From NCBI RefSeq assembly GCF_902652985.1, contig NC_047019.1, positions 47,058,001 through 47,122,000 of the forward strand: a stretch of DNA of 64,000 nucleotides, read 5' to 3'. The translations under genes were made by a program, and so were the position numbers. This document shows, piece after piece, positions 11,612-25,956 of the stretch; the stretch's first letter is position 1; each line of letters begins with the position of its first letter. Below the pieces are notes generated by a model. It was not told the origin of the DNA. It saw nothing but the letters and a program-made list of their open reading frames with translations, and ran no database searches. This DNA is from Pecten maximus (Eukaryota).

Positions 11612-14600
11612 TGAGGACATCTCCTTAGGTGTATATCAATTGGTGTCACTAGTCGAGGAGGACATCTCTTTAGGTGTATATATATATTGGTGTCACTAGT
11701 CGAGGAGGACATCTCCTTAGGTATATATATATTGGTGTCACTAGTCGAGGAGGACATCTCCTTAGGTATATATATATTGGTGTCACTAGTCGAGGAGGAC
11801 ATCTCTTTAGGTGTATATATATATTGGTGTCACAAGTCGAGGAGGACATCTCTTTAGGTGTATATATATATATTGGTGTCACTAGTCGAGGAGGACATCT
11901 CTTTAGGTGTATATATATATTGGTGTCACTAGTCGAGGAGGACATCTCTTTAGGTATATCTATATTGGTGTCACTAGTCAAGGAGGACATCTCCTTAGGT
12001 ATATATATATTGGTGTCACTAGTCGAGGAGGACATCTCCTTAGGTATATATATATTGGTGTCACTAGTCGAGGAGGACATCACCTTAGGTGTATATATAT
12101 ATTGGTGGCGCGAGTCGAGGAGGACATCTCTATAGGTGTATATATATATTGGTGTCACTAGTCGAGGAGGACATCTCTAAAGGTGTATATATATATTGGT
12201 GTCACTAGTCGAGGAGGACATCTCCTTAGGTGTATATATATTGGTGTCACTAGTCGAGGAGGACATCTCCTTAGGTGTATATATATATTGGTGTCACTAG
12301 TCGAGGAGGACATCTCCTTAGGTGTATATATATATTGGTGTCACTAGTCGAGGAGGACATCTCCTTAGGTATATATATATATTGGTGTCACTGGTCGAGG
12401 AGGACATCTCCTTAGGTGTATATATATTGGTGTCACTAGTCGAGGAGGACATCTCTATAGGTGTATATATATATTGGTGTCACTAGTCGAGGAGGACATC
12501 TCCTTAGGTATATATATATTGGTGTCACTAGTCGAGGAGGACATCTCCTTAGGTGTATATATATATTGGTGTCACTAGTCAAGGAGGACATCTCCTTAGG
12601 TGTATATATATATTGGTGTCACTAGTCGAGGAGGACATCTCCTTAGGTATATATATATATTGGTGTCACTAGTCGAGGAGGACATCTCCTTAGGTGTAAA
12701 TATATTGGTGTCACTAGTCGAGGAGGACATCTCCTTAGGTGTATATATATTGGTGTCACTAGTCGAGGAGGACATCTCCTTAGGTGTATATATATATTGG
12801 TGTCACTAGTCGAGGAGGACATCTCCTTAGGTGTATATATATATTGGTGTCACTAGTCGAGGAGGACATCTCCTTAGGTATATATATATATTGGTGTCAC
12901 TGGTCGAGGAGGACATCTCCTTAGGTGTATATATATTGGTGTCACTAGTCGAGGAGGACATCTCTATAGGTGTATATATATATTGGTGTCACTAGTCGAG
13001 GAGGACATCTCCTTAGGTATATATATATTGGTGTCACTAGTCGAGGAGGACATCTCCTTAGGTGTATATATATATTGGTGTCACTAGTCGAGGAGGACAT
13101 CTCCTTAGGTGTATATATATATTGGTGTCACTAGTCGAGGAGGACATCTCCTTAGGTATATATATATATTGGTGTCACTAGTCGAGGAGGACATCTCCTT
13201 AGGTGTAAATATATTGGTGTCACTAGTCGAGGAGGACATCTCCTTAGGTGTATATATATATTGGTGTCACTAGTCGAGGAGGACATCTCCTTAGGTGTGT
13301 ATATATATTGGTGTCACTAGTCGAGGAGGACATCTCCTTAGGTATATATATGTATTGGTGTCTCTAGTTGAGGAGGACATCTCCTTAGGTATATATATAT
13401 ATTGGTGTCACTAGTCGAGGAGGACATCTCCTTAGGTGTAAATATATTGGTGTCACTAGTCGAGGAGGACATCTCCTTAGGTGTATATATATATTGGTGT
13501 CACCAGTCGAGGAGGACATCTCCTTAGGTGTGTATATATATTGGTGTCACTAGTCGAGGAGGACATCTCCTTAGGTATATACAGTGGAACTTCGTTAACT
13601 CGAACTCGGATAACTCGAATACCCCGCTTAACTCGAAGTACATCGCCGGTCCCGGCCGAATTCTCTCTTTATCTTAGTAAAAAAAACTCGGATAATTCGA
13701 ATTCGGATAACTCGAAAAACTCGGATAATACGAAGTAAAAATTTGGTCCCAACAATAAAAATCCTACTTGAAATGTTCGAATAACTCGAAGTATAATTTT
13801 CGTCGATCGGTGGCAAACGCCGACATTTTTTAAGAGCTAAATTCCGTTTGTAATACTGAACATATCGGCACTACTAACCTACATGCTATTATAAGTGTTT
13901 CATAAATTCATAAAAGAAATTGTCGGTTGAATCTTATAACAACAAGTCTTGGTGATAAAAAGTACTGCTTTACTTACATCAGGTAATTTCCCAAGGCGGT
14001 CGCCGATATTAGTACACACGATAGTCAACAACTCATCTAGACTACCCGTTCGCTCAAGCGGAACTAATCTCTGACACACCGGTAGATCTACCCGGCTGAT
14101 GTTTTTACAGGTGTAGTAATGACACAGTCACCGGCGCCTATTAAATCTTTAAACTGCTGAAACAATAGCGTAATTACTGCCGAGGTGTTCAGAGTACAAC
14201 TGTAACGGTCAGTGCTGTCTATTAAATCGGATAAAACGCCAACTCAGTTACAGTAACATTTTATACGCACATGCGCAGCCCAACTTCCGGTGCTAATACA
14301 CATGGAAATGGCGTGGTTATCAATAAAAAGTAAGTAAGCCGATCAAACAGTATTTTATATATGTCCAATAAAAGGTAATGGTTCTGTTACGTTTTGTATG
14401 CAATCTGTGTTAAACTTAAACGGTTATTTGTTTTGACATTAATAACTTGTTATTTTGTCGAATTCCGTTTTATCGTTTACCTTTTGCAAACATGACTTGC
14501 ACATCAGATCGTTATTGAAGTGACTAAGTGAAAAAAAACTTTATCGTGACTGTATATCGGCAAAACTACACCATATTACAAGTGACATAACGAAACATTA

Positions 14601-16200
14601 CATATATATTTACATGTATTGACCAGTCTTCACACTAAACTGATGAGCGACAGAGCGAAGTTATTATGATTATATAATGTTGACAAATATTGACCAAACT
14701 TTTCACCAAAAACGATAACTCGCTTAATTCGAACACTCGGATAACTCGAAGTTTTTTCGTGGTCCCGTCGACTTCGAGTTAACGAAGTTCCACTGTATAT
14801 ATATTGGTGTCACTAGTCGAGGAGGACATCTCCTTAGGTATATATATATATTGGTGTCACTAGTCGAGGAGGACATCTCCTTAGGTGTATATATATATTG
14901 GTGTCACTAGTCGAGGAGGACATCTCCTTAGGTGTGTATATATATTGGTGTCACTAGTCGAGGAGGACATCTCCTTAGGTATATATATATATTGGTGTCA
15001 CTAGTCGAGGAGGACATCTCCTTAGGTATATATATATATTGGTGTCACTAGTCGAGGAGGACATCTCCTTAGGTGTAAATATATTGGTGTCACTAGTCGA
15101 GGAGGACATCTCCTTAGGTGTATATATATATTGGTGTCACTAGTCGAGGAGGACATCTCCTCAGGTGTGTATATATATTGGTGTCACTAGTCGAGGAGGA
15201 CATCTCCTTAGGTATATATATATATTGGTGTCACTAGTCGAGGAGGACATCTCCTTAGGTATATATATATATTGGTGTCACTAGTCGAGGAGGACATCTC
15301 CTTAGGTGTATATATATATTGGTGTCACTAGTCTAGGAGGACATCTCCTTAGGTGTATATATATATTGGTGTCACTAGTCGAGGAGGACATCTCCTTAGG
15401 TGTATATATATATTGGTGTCACTAGTCGAGGAGGACATCACCTTAGGTGTATATATATATTGGTGTCACTAGTCGAGGAGGACATCTCCTTAGGTGTATA
15501 TATATATTGGTGTCACTAGTCGAGGAGGACATCTCCTTAGGTGTGTATATATATTGGTGTCACTAGTCGAGGAGGACATCTCCTTAGGTATATATATATA
15601 TTGGTGTCACTAGTCGAGGAGGACATCTCCTTAGGTGTATATATATATTGGTGTCACTTGTCGAGGAGGACATCTCCTTAGGTGTATATATATATTGGTG
15701 TCACTAGTCGAGGAGGACATCTCCTTAGGTGTATATATATATTGGTGTCACTTGTCGAGGAGGACATCTCCTTAGGTGTATATATATATTGGTGTCACTT
15801 GTCGAGGAGGACATCTCCTTAGGTATATATATATATTGGTGTCACTAGTCGAGGAGGACATCTCCTTAGGTGTATATATATATTGGTGTCACTTGTCGAG
15901 GAGGACATCTCCTTAGGTGTATATATATATTGGTGTCACTAGTCGAGGAGGACATCTCTATAGGTGTATATATATATTGGTGTCACTTGTCGAGGAGGAC
16001 ATCTCCTTAGGTGTATATATATATTGGTGTCACTAGTCGAGGAGGACATCTCCTTAGGTGTATATATATTGGTGTCACTAGTCGAGGAGGACATCTCCTT
16101 AGGTGTATATATATATTGGTGTCACTAGTCGAGGAGGACATCTCTTTAGGTATATATATATGTATATATATTGGTTTTACTAACCAAAGAGGACATTTCT
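11612..16200. repeat. Minisatellite, ~45-49-bp unit GGT(G)(TA)nTTGGTGTCACTAGTCGAGGAGGACATCTCCTTA, interrupted by a DNA transposon
   Basis: Read directly; length variation lies in the (TA)n tract. Confidence 0.97.
13582..14795. mobile_element. Non-autonomous Tigger/pogo-type (Tc1/mariner superfamily) DNA transposon, 1214 bp, both ends intact
   Basis: Perfect 23-bp TIR CAGTGGAACTTCGTTAACTCGAA; TA on both sides (13580-13581, 14796-14797); repeated subterminal CTCGGATAACTCGAA motifs; no transposase ORF. Confidence 0.93.
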
Positions 16201-17029
16201 TTAGGACATTTCTTTCGGTGTGTATGTCTCCTTAGATTCATATTGATTTTTGTTAGTTGTTGATTTTTTTTGAAATATTCAACAGAGTTGAATTACTCCA
16301 TGCTGAACACCTGTATGTGTGTCTGTCTTTTCCATTATCATTAAGTTCACTGTAATTGGTTAGGATCCAGTAATTTGTTTTGAAGAAGAACAATCTTTTG
16401 ATTGCTTTTTGCAATCATTACAATAGGGCATCAGCTTAGTCGTTGTTGTGTAGACTTTCTTCTCATTTATTCTTCTCAAAGTAAGGTCAATTTCTCCCTA
16501 ATTAACATGGAGGGATGGAAAGTTAAGTTTGATCACCTCAAGTGCTTATCTGCTATGTAGGGTAGGGTTTGAGGGGGCCTGAAGGAGTGATAAGGAGATT
16601 ACAGTGTCTGGGACCTACACATTGGCTGAGGAGTGAGTGGCCTTGTAATGATAAGACAGTAACTATGTACCTTCTGTGCATCAAGTTGGCTAATTCAACT
16701 GTAGATGGCTGCTGTAACATGCCGACAGACATCCATCATCTATGTCTAAATGGCAGGGTAAGAGATTGGTTTTCTGACTGGTTTCTGATTTGATGAGCCT
16801 TGTAAGAATCTTGATTGAAAGACTTGTTTCTGATTACTAAAGATTGGGTGATAGTTTAACTGTATATACTGAAACCAATAAAAATCTTTCGAGTTTAAGT
16901 TCATTGGATTATTACTTGTATTTGTCAACATTGTGTATTATTGTAGGATTCCTTAATACATATTACAAAAAAAACATTATTGACATATAAGGATACATTT
17001 CCCACCAAAAATAGTTGTCTGAGGCTATC

Positions 17030-17870
17030 ATGCTGTAAGATACTGTTGGGGACAATGCTGTAAGGCACTGTTGGGAGACAATGCTGTAAGGAACTGTTGG
17101 TAGACAATGTTGTAAGTCACTGTTGGGAGACAATGCTGTAAGGAACTGTTGGTAGACAATGTTGTAAGGCACTGTAGGGAGACAATGCTGTAAGGAACTG
17201 TTGGTAGACAATGCTATAAGGCACTGTAGGGAGACAATGCTATAAAGCACTGTTTGGAGACAATGCTGTAAGACACTGTAGGGAGACAATGCTATAAAGC
17301 ACTGTTTGGAGACAATGCTGTAAGACACTGTAGGGAGACAGTGTTGTAAGACACTGTAGGGAGACAATGTTGTAAGTCACTGTTTATGAGACAATGCTGT
17401 AAGGCACTGTTGGTAGACAATGCTGTAAGGAACTGTTGGTAGACAATGCTGTAAGGCACTGTTGGTAGACAATGCTATAAAGCACTGTTTGGAGACAATG
17501 CTGTAAGACACTGTAGGGAGACAGTGTTGTAAGACACTGTAGGGAGACAATGTTGTAAGTCAATGTTTATGAGACAATGCTGTAAGGCACTGTTGGTAGA
17601 CAATGCTGTAAGGAACTGTTGGTAGACAATGCTGTAAGGCACTGTTGGTAGACAATGCTGTAAGGCACTGTTTGGAGACAATGCTGTAAGACACTGTAGG
17701 GAGACAGTGTTGTAAGACACTGTAGGGAGACAATGTTGTAAGTCACTGTTTATGAGACAATGCTGTAAGGCACTGTTGGTAGACAATGCTGTAAGGAACT
17801 GTTGGTAGACAATGCTGTAAAGCACTGTTGGGAGACAATGCTGTAAGGCACTGTTTGGAGACAATGCTGT
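17030..17870. repeat. Minisatellite, ~26-bp unit GACAATGCTGTAAGGCACTGTTGG(G/T)A, with a 183-bp higher-order period
   Basis: Read directly; variant GTGTTGTAAG recurs at 17341, 17524 and 17707. Confidence 0.95.
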
Positions 17871-17986
17871 ATGTGCTACAGTTAGAAGGATGACACTAGA
17901 ATATGAGGCTGTAGGTATAGACTGCTTTTGTATTGGAAATGTGTCGTTAGAGACTTGGTGAACACCTTGACTGTGAAATAGGACAG

Positions 17987-20900
17987 TAGAGATGTGGGTA
18001 TAGACTTGTTGTTGTAGAGATGTGGATATAGACTGGTTGTTGTAGAGATGTGGATATAGACTGGTTGTTGTAGAGATGTGGATATAGACTGGTTGTTGTA
18101 GAGATGTGGATATAGGCTGGTTGTTGACTTAATTCCTTCTGTGTTCTGTATCACACTAGAGATGTGGATATAGACTGGTTGTTGTAGAGATGTGGATATA
18201 GACTGGTTGTTGTAGAGATGTGGATATAGACTGGTTGTTGTAGAGATGTGGGTATAGACTGGTTGTTGTAGAGATGTGGATATAGACTGGTTGTTGTAGA
18301 GATGTGGATATAGACTGGTTGTTGTAGAGATGTGGGTATAGACTGGTTGTTGTAGAGATGTGGGTATAGACTGGTTGTTGTAGAGATGTGGATATAGACT
18401 GGTTGTTGTAGAGATGTGGATATAGACTGGTTGTTGACTTAATTCCTATTTTGTTCTGTACCACACTAGAGATGTGGATATAGACTGGTTGTTGTAGAGA
18501 TGTGGATATAGACTGGTTGTTGTAGAGATGTGGATATAGACTGGTTGTTGACTTAATTCCTTCTGTGTTCTGTACCACACTAGAGATGTGGGTATAGACT
18601 GGTTGTTGTAGAGATGTGGATATAGACCGGTTGTTGTAGAGATGTGGATATAGACTGGTTGTTGTAGAGATGTGGATATAGACTGGTTGTTGTAGAGATG
18701 TGGATATAGACTGGTTGTTGACTTAATTCCTTCTGTGTTCTGTATCACACTAGAGATGTGGATATAGACTGGTTGTTGTAGAGATGTGGATATAGACTGG
18801 TTGTTGTAGAGATGTGGATATAGACTGGTTGTTGTAGAGATGTGGGTATAGACTGGTTGTTGTAGAGATGTGGATATAGACTGGTTGTTGTAGAGATGTG
18901 GGTATAGACTGGTTGTTGTAGAGATGTGGATATAGACTGGTTGTTGTAGAGATGTGGATATAGACTGGTTGTTGACTTAATTCCTATTTTGTTCTGTACC
19001 ACACTAGAGATGTGGATATAGACTGGTTGTTGTAGAGATGTGGATATAGACTGGTTGTTGTAGAGATGTGGATATAGACTGGTTGTTGTAGAGATGTGGA
19101 TATAGACTGGTTGTTGTAGAGATGTGGATATAGACTGGTTGTTGTAGAGATGTGGATATAGACTGGTTGTTGACTTAATTCCTTCTGTGTTCTGTACCAC
19201 ACTAGAGATGTGGGTATAGACTGGTTGTTGTAGAGATGTGGATATAGACTGGTTGTTGTAGAGATGTGGGTATAGACTGGTTGTTGTAGAGATGTGGATA
19301 TAGACTGGTTGTTGTAGAGATGTTGATATAGACCGGTTGTTGTAGAGATGTGGATATAGACTGGTTGTTGTAGAGATGTGGATATAGACTGGTTGTTGTA
19401 GAGATGTGGGTATAGACTGGTTGTTGTAGAGATGTGGATATAGACTGGTTGTTGTAGAGATGTGGATATAGACCGGTTGTTGTAGAGATGTGGATATAGA
19501 CAGGTTGTTGTAGAGATGTGGATATAGACTGGTTGTTGTAGAGATGTGGATATAGACTGGTTGTTGTAGAGATGTGGGTATAGACTGGTTGTTGTAGAGA
19601 TGTGGATATAGACTGGTTGTTGTAGAGATGTGGATATAGACTGGTTGTTGTAGAGATGTGGATATAGACTGGTTGTTGTAGAGATGTGGATATAGACTGG
19701 TTGTTGTAGAGATGTGGATATAGACTGGTTGTTGTAGAGATGTGGGTATAGACTGGTTGTTGACTTAATTCCTTCTGTGTTCTGTACCACACTAGAGATG
19801 TGGGTATAGACTGATTGTTGTAGAGATGTGGGTATAGACTGGTTGTTGTAGAGATGTGGATATAGACTGGTTGTTGACTTAATTCCTATTTTGTTCTGTA
19901 CCACACTAGAGATGTGGATATAGACTGGTTGTTGTAGAGATGTGGATATAGACTGGTTGTTGTAGAGATGTGGATATAGACTGGTTGTTGACTTAATTCC
20001 TATTTTGTTCTGTACCACACTAGAGATGTGGATATAGACTGGTTGTTGTAGAGATGTGGATATAGACCGGTTGTTGTAGAGATGTGGGTATAGACTGGTT
20101 GTTGTAGAGATGTAGATATAGACTAGTTGTTGTAGAGATGTGGATATAGACTGGTTGTTGTAGAGATGTGGATATAGACTGGTTGTTGTAGAGATGTGGA
20201 TATAGACCGGTTGTTGTAGAGATGTGGATATAGACAGATTGTTGTAGAGATGTGGGTATAGACTGGTTGTTGTAGAGATGTGGATATAGACTGGTTGTTG
20301 TAGAGATGTGGATATAGACTGGTTGTTGTAGAGATGTGGATATAGACTGGTTGTTGTAGAGATGTGGGTATAGACTGGTTGTTGTAGAGATGTGGATATA
20401 GACTGGTTGTTGTAGAGATGTGGGTATAGACCGGTTGTTGTAGAGATGTGGATATAGACCGGTTGTTGTAGAGATGTGGATATAGACTGGTTGTTGTAGA
20501 GATGTGGGTATAGGCTGGTTGTTGTAGAGATGTGGATATAGACCGGTTGTTGTAGAGATGTGGATATAGACTGGTTGTTGTAGAGATGTGGGTATAGACT
20601 GGTTGTTGTAGAGATGTGGATATAGACTGGTTGTTGTAGAGATGTGGGTATAGACTGGTTGTTGTAGAGATGTGGATATAGACTGGTTGTTGTAGAGATG
20701 TGGGTATAGACTGGTTGTTGTAGAGATGTGGATAAAGACTGGTTGTTGTAGAGATGTGGGTATAGACTGGTTGTTGTAGAGATGTGGATATAGACTGGTT
20801 GTTGTAGAGATGTGGACATAGACTGGTTGTTGTAGAGATGTGGATATAGACTGGTTGTTGTAGAGATGTGGATATAGACTGGTTGTTGTAGAGATGTGGA

Positions 20901-22720
20901 TATAGACTGGTTGTTGTAGAGATGTGGATATAGACTGGTTGTTGTAGAGATGTGGATATAGACTGGTTGTTGTAGAGATGTGGATATAGACTGGTTGTTG
21001 TAGAGATGTGGATATAGACTGGTTGTTTGTAGAGATGTGGATATAGACTGGTTGTTGTAGAGATGTGGGTATAGACTTGTTGTTGTAGAGATGTGGATAT
21101 AGACTGGTTGTTGTAGAGATGTGGGTATAGACTGGTTGTTGTAGAGATGTGGATATAGACCGGTTGTTGTAGAGATGTGGGTATAGACTGGTTGTTGTAG
21201 AGATGTGGGTATAGACTGGTTGTTGTAGAGATGTGGATATAGGCTGGTTGTTGTAGAGATGTGGATATAGACCGGTTGTTGACTTAATTCCTTCTGTGTT
21301 CTGTATCACACTAGAGATGTGGATATAGACTGGTTGTTGTAGAGATGTGGATATAGACCGGTTGTTGTAGAGATGAGGGTATAGGCTGGTTGTTGTAGAG
21401 ATGTGGGTATAGACTGGTTGTTGTAGAGATGTGGATATAGACTGGTTGTTGTAGAGATGTGGGTATAGACTGGTTGTTGTAGAGATGTGGATATAGACCG
21501 GTTGTTGTAGAGATGTGGATATAGACTGGTTGTTGTAGAGATGTGGGTATAGGCTGGTTGTTGTAGAGATGTGGATATAGACCGGTTGTTGTAGAGATGT
21601 GGATATAGACTGGTTGTTGTAGAGATGTGGGTATAGACTGGTTGTTGTAGAGATGTGGATATAGACTGGTTGTTGTAGAGATGTGGGTATAGACTGGTTG
21701 TTGTAGAGATGTGGATATAGACTGGTTGTTGTAGAGATGTGGGTATAGACTGGTTGTTGTAGAGATGTGGATAAAGACTGGTTGTTGTAGAGATGTGGGT
21801 ATAGACTGGTTGTTGTAGAGATGTGGACATAGACTGGTTGTTGTAGAGATGTGGATATAGACTGGTTGTTGTAGAGATGTGGATATAGACTGGTTGTTGT
21901 AGAGATGTGGATATAGACTGGTTGTTGTAGAGATGTGGATATAGACTGGTTGTTGTAGAGATGTGGATATAGACTGGTTGTTGTAGAGATGTGGATATAG
22001 ACTGGTTGTTGTAGAGATGTGGGTATAGACTTGTTGTTGTAGAGATGTGGATATAGACTGGTTGTTGTAGAGATGTGGGTATAGACTGGTTGTTGTAGAG
22101 ATGTGGATATAGACCGGTTGTTGTAGAGATGTGGGTATAGACCGGTTGTTGTAGAGATGTGGGTATAGACTGGTTGTTGTAGAGATGTGGATATAGGCTG
22201 GTTGTTGTAGAGATGTGGATATAGACCGGTTGTTGACTTAATTCCTTCTGTGTTCTGTATCACACTAGAGATGTGGATATAGACTGGTTGTTGTAGAGAT
22301 GTGGATATAGACCGGTTGTTGTAGAGATGAGGGTATAGGCTGGTTGTTGTAGAGATGTGGATATAGACTGGTTGTTGTAGAGATGTGGATATAGACTGGT
22401 TGTTGTAGAGATGTGGATATAGACTGGTTGTTGTAGAGATGTGGGTATAGACTGGTTGTTGTAGAGATGTGGATATAGACTGGTTGTTGTAGAGATGTGG
22501 ATATAGACTGGTTGTTGTAGAGATGTGGATATAGACTGGTTGTTGTAGAGATGTGGGTATAGACTGGTTGTTGACTTAATTCCTTCTGTGTTCTGTACCA
22601 CACTAGAGATGTGGATATAGACCAGTTGTTGTAGAGATGTGGGTATAGACTGGTTGTTGTAGAGATGTGGATATAGACTGGTTGTTGACTTAATTCCTTC
22701 TGTGTTCTGTATCACACTAG
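17987..22720. repeat. Minisatellite, 28-bp unit TAGAGATGTGGATATAGACTGGTTGTTG, with ~13 interspersed 30-bp ACTTAATTCC...CACAC segments
   Basis: Read directly. Confidence 0.98.
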
Positions 22721-23949
22721 TGCTGATAACGGATTGTATATTCATGGACATGGCTCTTGTTACCCACGTGTCCTCTGGGATCTTCTAACTAATGCGAGCT
22801 TGACTCTTGTCTTTCAATGGTAACTGTCTCCTCTACTAGTTTAACAGTTCTTTATTGATCTAATGTGAAAAATATCTCCTTCAAATCCAATGTGAATACA
22901 AAGTCAAATTGTATTTTGCTTATCCACTACATGTGTAATTGAGTTTTCAACAAACCTCACTGTTATATGTTGGTGCTGATTGATTTTGTGGGTCTGTTGT
23001 GGAAAAGCAATCAGCCATTCTTTTGATATTGCACTGTACAAGTCTATCTGTAACATGGGCAAGAACATTGTAATTTGACTGTATTCTTACCATGTAGCCA
23101 ACACGACATTAATAGGATTATAATGAGTAGCTATACAGGAATAGCTGTCATACCTTGCATGTTTGTTCATTTAGTGAGGTAGGTGAGTGCCACCAAACAT
23201 CAGGCAGCTTATGAGAGTGTACATGTTGGCCGTAATTGTCTACCTACGTGGACACTGGCATGTTAGACATGTGTACCAGGGTCAGCTATTACTTCCACAG
23301 TGTCATCCCTACGTGATCAGGATCCTTATCATTTTAGGGACAGGATAATGAATCCATTTCCTCTATACACATGATGTTTCTAGGAATCCAAAGTGAATCT
23401 GACCTTTCTTTCCTAAGAATAGACAAATATATTTATGCTATCAGGATTGCCACTCATCCTTAGCGTGGAAATTGAGGTTAATAAACCTAAATGTATAACC
23501 ATATATAATTGCTAGGCATGGGGAAATGATCACAATCATGCTATTAGAACTGGCCCCACGGTCTGGATTGCCCCAACACATTCACTCCATAGGTCATGGA
23601 AAGAGTCATTGTATTCATATAACCTGTAAGTTTATATTAATCAGCTGTTTTGGCATGACAAATAACTCACATAAGTTCCATATTGGGTCACAACTGTTTG
23701 AGGTCACAACCCTGTAACCATGTATGGTACAATGGATGTATTCTTGTGTTTCTGTAAAATCACAGTTATTGTCCTCAATTGAGGATAGATGTTATGTGCC
23801 ACTGACACAACTTATTTTACAGTGACATAATTTCAAAGAAGGTAGATAATATGTCACTATGGTATGTCTCAGTGACACAACTTATTTTACAGTGACATAA
23901 TTCCAGAGAAGGTAGATAATATGTTCATATCACTGGGATCAATCCCCCA

Positions 23950-24882
23950 GGGACATAGATTATTTTACTGGACATTGTATCAGGAAAGATAGATACTGTG
24001 TCCAAGAGACATAGCTCATTTTACTGGGACATTGGATCAGGAAAGATAGACGCTGTGTCCAAGGGACCTAGCTCATTTTACTGGGACATTGGATCAGGAA
24101 AGATAGCGTTGTGTCCAAGGGACCTAGCTCATTTTACTGGGACATTGGATCAGGAAAGACAGACGCTGTGTTCAAGGGATCTAGCTCATTTTACTAGGAC
24201 ATTGGATCAGGAAAGACAGACGCTGTGTTCAAGGGACCTAGCTCATTTTACTGGGACATTGGATCAGGAAAGATAGATGCTGTGTCCAAGGGACCTAGCT
24301 CATTTTACTGGGACATTGGATCAGGAAAGATAGATGCTGTGTCCAAGGGACCTAGCTCATTTTACTGGGACATTGGATCAGGAAATACAGACGCTGTGTC
24401 CAAGGGACCTAGCTCATTTTACTGGGACATTGGATCAGGAAAGATAGACGCTGTGTCCAAGGGACCTAGCTCATTTTACTGGGACATTGGATCAGGAAAG
24501 ATAGACGCTGTGTCCAAGGGACCTAGCTCATTTTACTGGGACATTGGATCAGGAAAGATAGCGTTGTGTCCAAGGGACCTAGCTCATTTTACTGGGACAT
24601 TGGATCAGGAAAGACAGACGCTGTGTTCAAGGGATCTAGCTCATTTTACTAGGACATTGGATCAGGAAAGACAGACGCTGTGTTCAAGGGACCTAGCTCA
24701 TTTTACTGGGACATTGGATCAGGAAAGATAGATGCTGTGTCCAAGGGACCTAGCTCATTTTACTGGGACATTGGATCAGGAAAGATAGATGCTGTGTCCA
24801 AGGGACCTAGCTCATTTTACTGGGACATTGGATCAGGAAAGACAGACGCTGTGTCCAAGGGACTTAGCTCATTTTACTGGGA
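23950..24882. repeat. Minisatellite, 57-bp unit GCTGTGTCCAAGGGACCTAGCTCATTTTACTGGGACATTGGATCAGGAAAGATAGAC
   Basis: Read directly; contains a 455-bp higher-order duplication. Confidence 0.96.
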
Positions 24883-25614
24883 TGTAGTTTCAGGGTTTTC
24901 ACCAACAACTAGTCCCCAGATTTGATGTTAAAAAAGCTTCAGTCAATTGTAAAATAGTTCACTAATTGGATCAAAATATTTCCCTTGGGCTTCAGACTTG
25001 GAAGATCAGACTAATAGTTTGCTATCATATCATATCAAAAGACTGAATTTTCTTAGGCTACCATTTTGAAATTGTATGGGGTTTACCTAAAGGATACTGG
25101 ACACTGAAGCATCCTTCTCTCTCTGTGACCTTGAAAGCTGCTTAAATTTAAATATACTGGTGTAGAACTGGCTAGGAAATGCCACCACTTTATGGCCTTA
25201 TCATGATATAAATACACATGAAGGAACATAATTTATATTGAAGTAAGCTAAAAGAATTACTGTTGATTTCAGTCCCATGACCAAGTTAGTGTTCTTACAG
25301 TGGTGTTCATACATAGAAGGATATTGATCTGAGTAGACGATACCAATAAACCTTCTTTATGGTGATGTTTGTAAGTCGGGTGGTCTAAACACAATATTAT
25401 TGGCAGGTGATCATTATTAACCCAACTGTAATAGGATAAACTCCCTCCCATAATTTTATCACTGTGATATTACTGTAAACAAGCTTGACTATATAGATCC
25501 AGTAGAAATTTCATTAGCTCAACAAGTACCTTTCCAGGGCTAATAAAAAAAGTCAACTGGTCAAAAATGCCAAACGCGATTTTGACTAAATTGATATAAA
25601 GCAATTCTTGATAA

Positions 25615-25735
25615 ATACATTGCTGTACAAAAGAATTGTATCAGAACCATTGGAACATAGTAACATGGCACAGTATACATTGCTGTACAAAAGAATTGTA
25701 TCAGAACCACTGGAACATAGTAACATGGCACAGTA
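25615..25735. repeat. Two-copy 60-bp tandem duplication
   Basis: ATACATTGCTGTACAAAAG...CATGGCACAGT twice, one mismatch. Confidence 0.92.
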
Positions 25736-25956
25736 GGAAAACAGGAAATAGTAGTAAAATTCTCAATTAATATAGCATAGGTGTTTTAACCTAATGGTAT
25801 TAAACATCCATGTGCCATGAACAATCTTGGTCATTTTGATGCTTCTCTACCTGTTTCAGATGTCTCCGGGATGTTGTATAATGCTGTACCAGTAATATTG
25901 TACTAACGGTACGAGGAAAGGCCTTACTTAGTCTTATATCAATGAGATTTATAATG

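Noticed and set aside
14640-14665. CTGATGA-GC...GC-GAAG hammerhead-like string
   Set aside because: GAAG instead of GAAA, and no stem I or III.
16569-16793. ORF with an internal GG|GTAAGA donor-like site
   Set aside because: The ATG-initiated frames give phase 0 or 1, incompatible with exon 56034, and there is no homology.
17987-22720. Repeat-plus-spacer pattern resembling CRISPR
   Set aside because: The spacers are near-identical, repeats are mostly contiguous, there are no cas genes, and the context is eukaryotic.
17882-22751. Long minus-strand ORFs up to 747 aa (QQPVYIHISTTTSLYPHL...)
   Set aside because: Translations of the 28-bp array; the same peptides cycle through all frames and there is no synonymous-type divergence.
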